From: an uncultured Chloroflexia bacterium
GTDB lineage: Bacteria > Chloroflexota > Dormibacteria > Aeolococcales > Aeolococcaceae
Assembly (NCBI GenBank): GCA_963841385.1
Contig: CAWJCO010000002.1
Coordinates: 361,172-425,171 of the forward strand
Direction: 5' to 3'
Length of the DNA: 64,000 nt
Position numbers and translations under genes: made by a program. The first letter of the stretch is position 1; each line of letters begins with the position of its first letter. The notes beneath the pieces were generated by a model. That model was not told where the DNA came from. It made no database searches and saw nothing but the letters and a program-made list of their open reading frames with translations. Positions 60,422-64,000 of the stretch are shown one piece after another.

Positions 60422-61945
60422 CTACGCACTCGGCTCGGGCTCGTACCCTGGCGCGTACACGGTGGTCCCGAAGCGACCCGTGATCACCCCGGGGCGCCGA
60501 CCCTCGAGGACGCAACCCGGGAACCGCTCCCCGTACCGGTCGAGGAGGCGGTCACGCTCGTCCTGGGTCTTCACGCCGGCCACTCCACTGGCGAGGACGT
60601 CGCTGGCGGCGGCGTAATGCTCGGGACGGCGTTGAACCCACCCTCGAAGCTTGTCGACTCCCGCGTCAAGTCGGACGGTCGCCAGGTCAGCGGCGCTGGA
60701 GGGTTCGCCCGGGTCAACGGAGAGCGCGGCGGCGATCGCATGGTTCACCAGCGCGTACGCCCGCTCGACAGGCTCCGCACCCACCTCGGCCCCCGCCCCA
60801 CCCGCGACGTGCAAGATGAGGCTGAGCCGCGCAAGCTGGGACGTGGCCTTGGCGATCACTTCCTGACCGAGCGGTGAGACCCCCGGCGCCTGGAAGGCGC
60901 TCCTGAACGTCTCAGTCGCGCGGGCCATCGCCCTCTTGCCCGACGCGGAGAGGGTCAGGCGGCGAGTCTCAACCCGTGGGGGCCGGGGATCGTCCGGCTC
61001 CACGACGAGGCGGCGTGCCAGTTGTCGCCACCCGGCTTCGGTGTCGTCGGTGAGGCCGTGGTCAAAGCGAGGGGTCGCAAGCCCGGCGTCGGTGCGGTTG
61101 ACAAGGAGGAAGCGCGCCCCGAGGCCGTCCCCTCGGCCGAGTAGGTGCTTGAGCTTGGCGGGTTGTATGGAGCCGGTCACCGAGACCCGGGGACGTGCAA
61201 CGATGATTCGCTGGTCGAGGCGGTCGAACTGAAGAGCGCGGCCGTCCCATAGGGTCAGTAGTCGTGCGCCATCCGCGCCGCGGCCGGCCGGTTTGTACTG
61301 ATCAAGCCCACTCACCAGTCCGGTCAGCTCGGCGGCCTCGATGACAAGGCCAGTGCCCGCGTTCTCCATCAGCGGCTGGCGCAGGGATTCGAAGGTGATG
61401 TCAGCCGCCCGACAGCGACGCCGCAACGGCGGGGATGCCGCCTCGTCGTCGCCGAAGGGCAAGATGATGGAGCCAGCCCCACGCCGACCCCGCGACGGCG
61501 GGGGTGTAGCCTCGTCGTCCGCGCGATCGCGGCACCACTTCGCCACCTGGTGCTTGTCGTACGCCTCGCTCCAAGCGACCTCCAACTCGACGAGCGGGCG
61601 GGTCGCGAGGTCGAGGGCCGGTGTCTTGCCCGCGCCCGGGCTCGCGATTACCGCGGTGAAGAGCACTGCGGGGGCGACGAAGCCACGCACCACCTCCAGG
61701 TCGTAGCTGCCACCGATCGCGGCGGCAAGCACAGCAAGACCCGGAAGGGCAACCAGCTCGCCGGGGTACCCAAACGCGGCCTCGGCTGCCCGCGCCAGAT
61801 CGCGTAGGGCGCCTGGCAGGGCCTCGAAGGGATACGGCTGCAACTCGGAGCAACGCGTCCACTTGGCAGGCTCCGGCTCCGGGGACTGGGCACGGATGAC
61901 CTCAGCCCCGAGGTCTGCCCAGTCCCGCTGCCCCGCGGCGCTCAC
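60422..61945 (-). CDS. DUF3987/YfjI-like P-loop replicative helicase
   Basis: YPFEALP..L, L....IASPGAGKT, DIT.E.L, EL.GL...LDQY, LL.LWDG, VSVTGSIQP, DGLGARFL. Confidence 0.85.
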   Translation of the reverse strand: MSAAGQRDWADLGAEVIRAQSPEPEPAKWTRCSELQPYPFEALPGALRDLARAAEAAFGYPGELVALPGLAVLAAAIGGSYDLEVVRGFVAPAVLFTAVIASPGAGKTPALDLATRPLVELEVAWSEAYDKHQVAKWCRDRADDEATPPPSRGRRGAGSIILPFGDDEAASPPLRRRCRAADITFESLRQPLMENAGTGLVIEAAELTGLVSGLDQYKPAGRGADGARLLTLWDGRALQFDRLDQRIIVARPRVSVTGSIQPAKLKHLLGRGDGLGARFLLVNRTDAGLATPRFDHGLTDDTEAGWRQLARRLVVEPDDPRPPRVETRRLTLSASGKRAMARATETFRSAFQAPGVSPLGQEVIAKATSQLARLSLILHVAGGAGAEVGAEPVERAYALVNHAIAAALSVDPGEPSSAADLATVRLDAGVDKLRGWVQRRPEHYAAASDVLASGVAGVKTQDERDRLLDRYGERFPGCVLEGRRPGVITGRFGTTVYAPGYEPEPSA

Positions 61946-62832
61946 GCCGCCCCCTCCTCTGGCGGGACGAAGGCCTCAACCGAGATCCCCAGCCGGCGGG
62001 CGCGTCGCGCCAGGTCGACGGCCGCGTCGAGCCCCGGCGGGTCCGAGTCCGCCCAGATCTCGAGCCGGGTGAGGTCGCAGGGCAGCCCCAGCGCGGCAAC
62101 GCCCCGAGCCGAGCCGGCAGCCCAGACCGAGACTCCGCGAGCTTCCTGGACAGCGAGGCCCGTCTCGATGCCCTCCGCGACGGCAAGTCGCCCGTGGCTC
62201 GGCTCCCCGAGATGAACTGCTCCCCCGGCAACCCGCCCCAGGAAACGCTTGGGCGACCTCACCTCCGCCTTGCCCGAGCCAGAAGGGTCGAGGTAGGTAC
62301 GGTGCAGGCCCGTGACCGCGCCGTCCGGGCGCTGGAAGCGGGCGACCATCGCCGGGAGCCACCGCGTCGCCTCGGGAGGCGCACCGTAGCGGAGCCGCGG
62401 ATGCAGCCGCAGGGCGGTCGGAACGACTCCGGTGAGACCGCGAAATCGGAGGTAGGTGACAAGCCGCGGGTGGTTCGGCAACGCCTCCAACCACAGGTCG
62501 TCGATCAGCGCCGGGGTCACGCTCAGCCGGGTCGGGCGAACACTCCGCCACGCCCCGAGCTCGTCGCCCGTCAGCCGCTCGCGGAGGGTGGCCACCAGCG
62601 CATCGTGCTGGCACCCGGCGAAGCAGATCACGAGCGCCACCTGCTCCCCGGGCCGGACGGCGAGCGATGGCCGTCGGTCCCCGAGGCGCTGCCCATGGTC
62701 GGGCAGCGGACAGTGGGTCACGCCGAACCCGCGCCGCGCGGAGGTGACGCAAGGGCACCCCGGCCGCCGGCAGGAGAGGGCGTCGAGCACCCTGGCGGTG
62801 AGGCTATGCTGGTCGTGGGGACCGGTGTCCAC
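61942..62832 (-). CDS. Toprim-domain primase with N-terminal Zn finger
   Basis: CP...H....D..PSL, CFAGC, YL..RG, PAMVA, GLHRTYL, VAEGIETGLAV, IWADSD..G. Start is uncertain (62832 or 62862). Confidence 0.87.
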   Translation of the reverse strand: MDTGPHDQHSLTARVLDALSCRRPGCPCVTSARRGFGVTHCPLPDHGQRLGDRRPSLAVRPGEQVALVICFAGCQHDALVATLRERLTGDELGAWRSVRPTRLSVTPALIDDLWLEALPNHPRLVTYLRFRGLTGVVPTALRLHPRLRYGAPPEATRWLPAMVARFQRPDGAVTGLHRTYLDPSGSGKAEVRSPKRFLGRVAGGAVHLGEPSHGRLAVAEGIETGLAVQEARGVSVWAAGSARGVAALGLPCDLTRLEIWADSDPPGLDAAVDLARRARRLGISVEAFVPPEEGAA

Positions 62833-63121
62833 GCGCCGTCTCCCGCGCCTCCGAGGCTGCAACCTCGGGGGCGCCCGAACGTTGAGCGGGCCTCCTCGAT
62901 ACCTGCCCGGTGGGCGCGAGAAACTCGGCTCCTTCCAGTGGCGCGGTAGCTGCCAGAACCCTGGCGATGGCCCTCAGGGTGGTGAGCCCTAGCCTCCGGC
63001 GGTTGAGGGCGTGGCTGATGGTGGCCGGCGTCACTCGCGCAAGGGTGGCGAGTTGCTGGCCGTCCAGACCGCGTCGGGCCATCTCCTGGCGAAGCCTATC
63101 GGCGTCGATTGAAACGCCCAT
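62804..63121 (-). CDS. Small XRE/Cro-like HTH protein
   Basis: IDADRLRQEMARRGLDGQQLATLARVTPATISHAL; first gene of the replication operon. Confidence 0.7.
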   Translation of the reverse strand: MGVSIDADRLRQEMARRGLDGQQLATLARVTPATISHALNRRRLGLTTLRAIARVLAATAPLEGAEFLAPTGQVSRRPAQRSGAPEVAASEARETARGHRSPRPA

Positions 63122-63164
63122 GGACGGAGTATGCCAGCTTCGTGTTAGGGTAGAAGTTAGAAGA

Positions 63165-63884
63165 ATGAGGACTAAGTCTACTAACGCTAGCCGCTGGTGG
63201 GTCGACCCCACCGGGTCCGATTGGCTTCGGCAGGACCCCGACGACCGGTTCCGGCGGCTGTTATGGAGCATCACGGGCCGTGAAGGGCTTGTCGAGGTGG
63301 CTCCGCCGATACCGCTGCAGTGTCGGTACCTCGACACCCCCGCGGAGGTGGTGGCCGGCCGGGTCCCAAACGGGCTGGCGAGCGAGTACTACGCCGCGGA
63401 ATTCCGGCGCCAGATTGAGGCAGCGACGCTCCTACGCGTTGAGATCCAATACGTGATAGAGAGGCGGCCGACGGGTCCGAAGCTTGTTGGCGTCTGCAGG
63501 TCTGTCCGCTTCCTCCCTCCGCGCGACGGAGGCGAGATCACCCGGATCCCCAAGGTGCAGGTCGGTGATCTGATACGCAGGTATGTGAAGGACGTCTTCT
63601 TGCCCGGAGCCCCGGTCGAGCTCCCGAGGCGGTTTGGCGCCGAGAAATTGGCCCAGCTGCGCCGGGTCCGAGACGTCTGTGAGGCCGCCCCTGCTCGTCG
63701 CCAGGCGGCGGCGGTGGCGCGCGTCGAACTCTCGCACCACACCGGGGCGCGAATAAACCGGCTAGCTGCGGCTCGACAGCTCATTTGGGAGGCCAGGCAG
63801 GCTGGGCTTTTACCACCCGCCGGGACCGTACCTCCGCGGGACGTCTCCGTCGGGGGATCGGATTCGCCTGAATCGGGTGCATAG
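63165..63884 (+). CDS. Hypothetical protein, probable element regulator (C-terminal HTH-like region)
   Basis: Divergent from the HTH-primase operon across 43 bp. The C-terminus LRRV..V.......AAAVA......AARQLIWEARQAGLL recalls DUF6214-like regulators of actinobacterial elements (from memory). Confidence 0.5.
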   Translation: MRTKSTNASRWWVDPTGSDWLRQDPDDRFRRLLWSITGREGLVEVAPPIPLQCRYLDTPAEVVAGRVPNGLASEYYAAEFRRQIEAATLLRVEIQYVIERRPTGPKLVGVCRSVRFLPPRDGGEITRIPKVQVGDLIRRYVKDVFLPGAPVELPRRFGAEKLAQLRRVRDVCEAAPARRQAAAVARVELSHHTGARINRLAAARQLIWEARQAGLLPPAGTVPPRDVSVGGSDSPESGA

Positions 63885-64000
63885 TGAGCGTGACGAGCAG
63901 CGCGGTACCGGGTGCCGCCGCCTGCCGGGCGATGGGTCGCGCGGTAGGAGATAAGGGGTTTCAATTGGCCACCATCGAGGTCAAGGCGCCTACCGGCCCG

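Larger units (their letters stand above)
36173..64000. mobile_element. Genomic island (integrative element/satellite-like) at tRNA-Pro carrying defence systems; right end beyond the window
   Basis: Integrase lies immediately 3' of the tRNA. Content shifts to defence, recombinase and primase/helicase genes, with patches of lower GC. No attR copy of the tRNA 3' end was seen. Confidence 0.85.

Noticed and set aside
36173-64000. attR (duplicate of the tRNA-Pro 3' end)
   Set aside because: Not found by eye in the intergenic regions; probably beyond the window, so the island's right boundary is not called.

Overview
High-GC bacterial DNA whose gene content resembles that of Actinomycetota/Chloroflexota/Dormibacterota; the taxon cannot be fixed from this window. 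It has two parts. Bases 1-36,172 are chromosomal backbone: a sugar uptake/catabolism cluster (FGGY kinase end, AraA/FucI-like isomerase, two DeoR paralogs, CUT1 ABC transporter, YjbQ, atypical archaeal-type TIM), glgX-treY-treZ-galK, stress and housekeeping genes (PfpI, LLM, GNAT, TDT transporter, orn, nitrilase, proline dehydrogenase, SPFH+RHH, two ABC-2 exporters, MarP-like protease) and tRNA-Pro(TGG). From 36,173 to the end is a genomic island integrated at tRNA-Pro. It carries a tyrosine integrase; a four-gene module of GHKL/MORC-like ATPase (two frameshifts), uncharacterised SAM-fold protein, 5mC methyltransferase and Vsr; a complete class 1 DISARM operon (drmD-drmMI-drmA-drmB-drmC); a Cre-like recombinase with a perfect lox/dif-like palindrome beside an orphan XRE-HTH::ScpB fusion; and a satellite-like replicon (divergent regulators, Toprim primase, DUF3987 helicase, iteron inverted repeat). 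The island's right end is not visible. The best candidates for undescribed systems are the XRE-ScpB/recombinase/palindrome cassette and the GHKL-SAM-Dcm-Vsr module. All calls come from reading motifs by eye; no searches were run.
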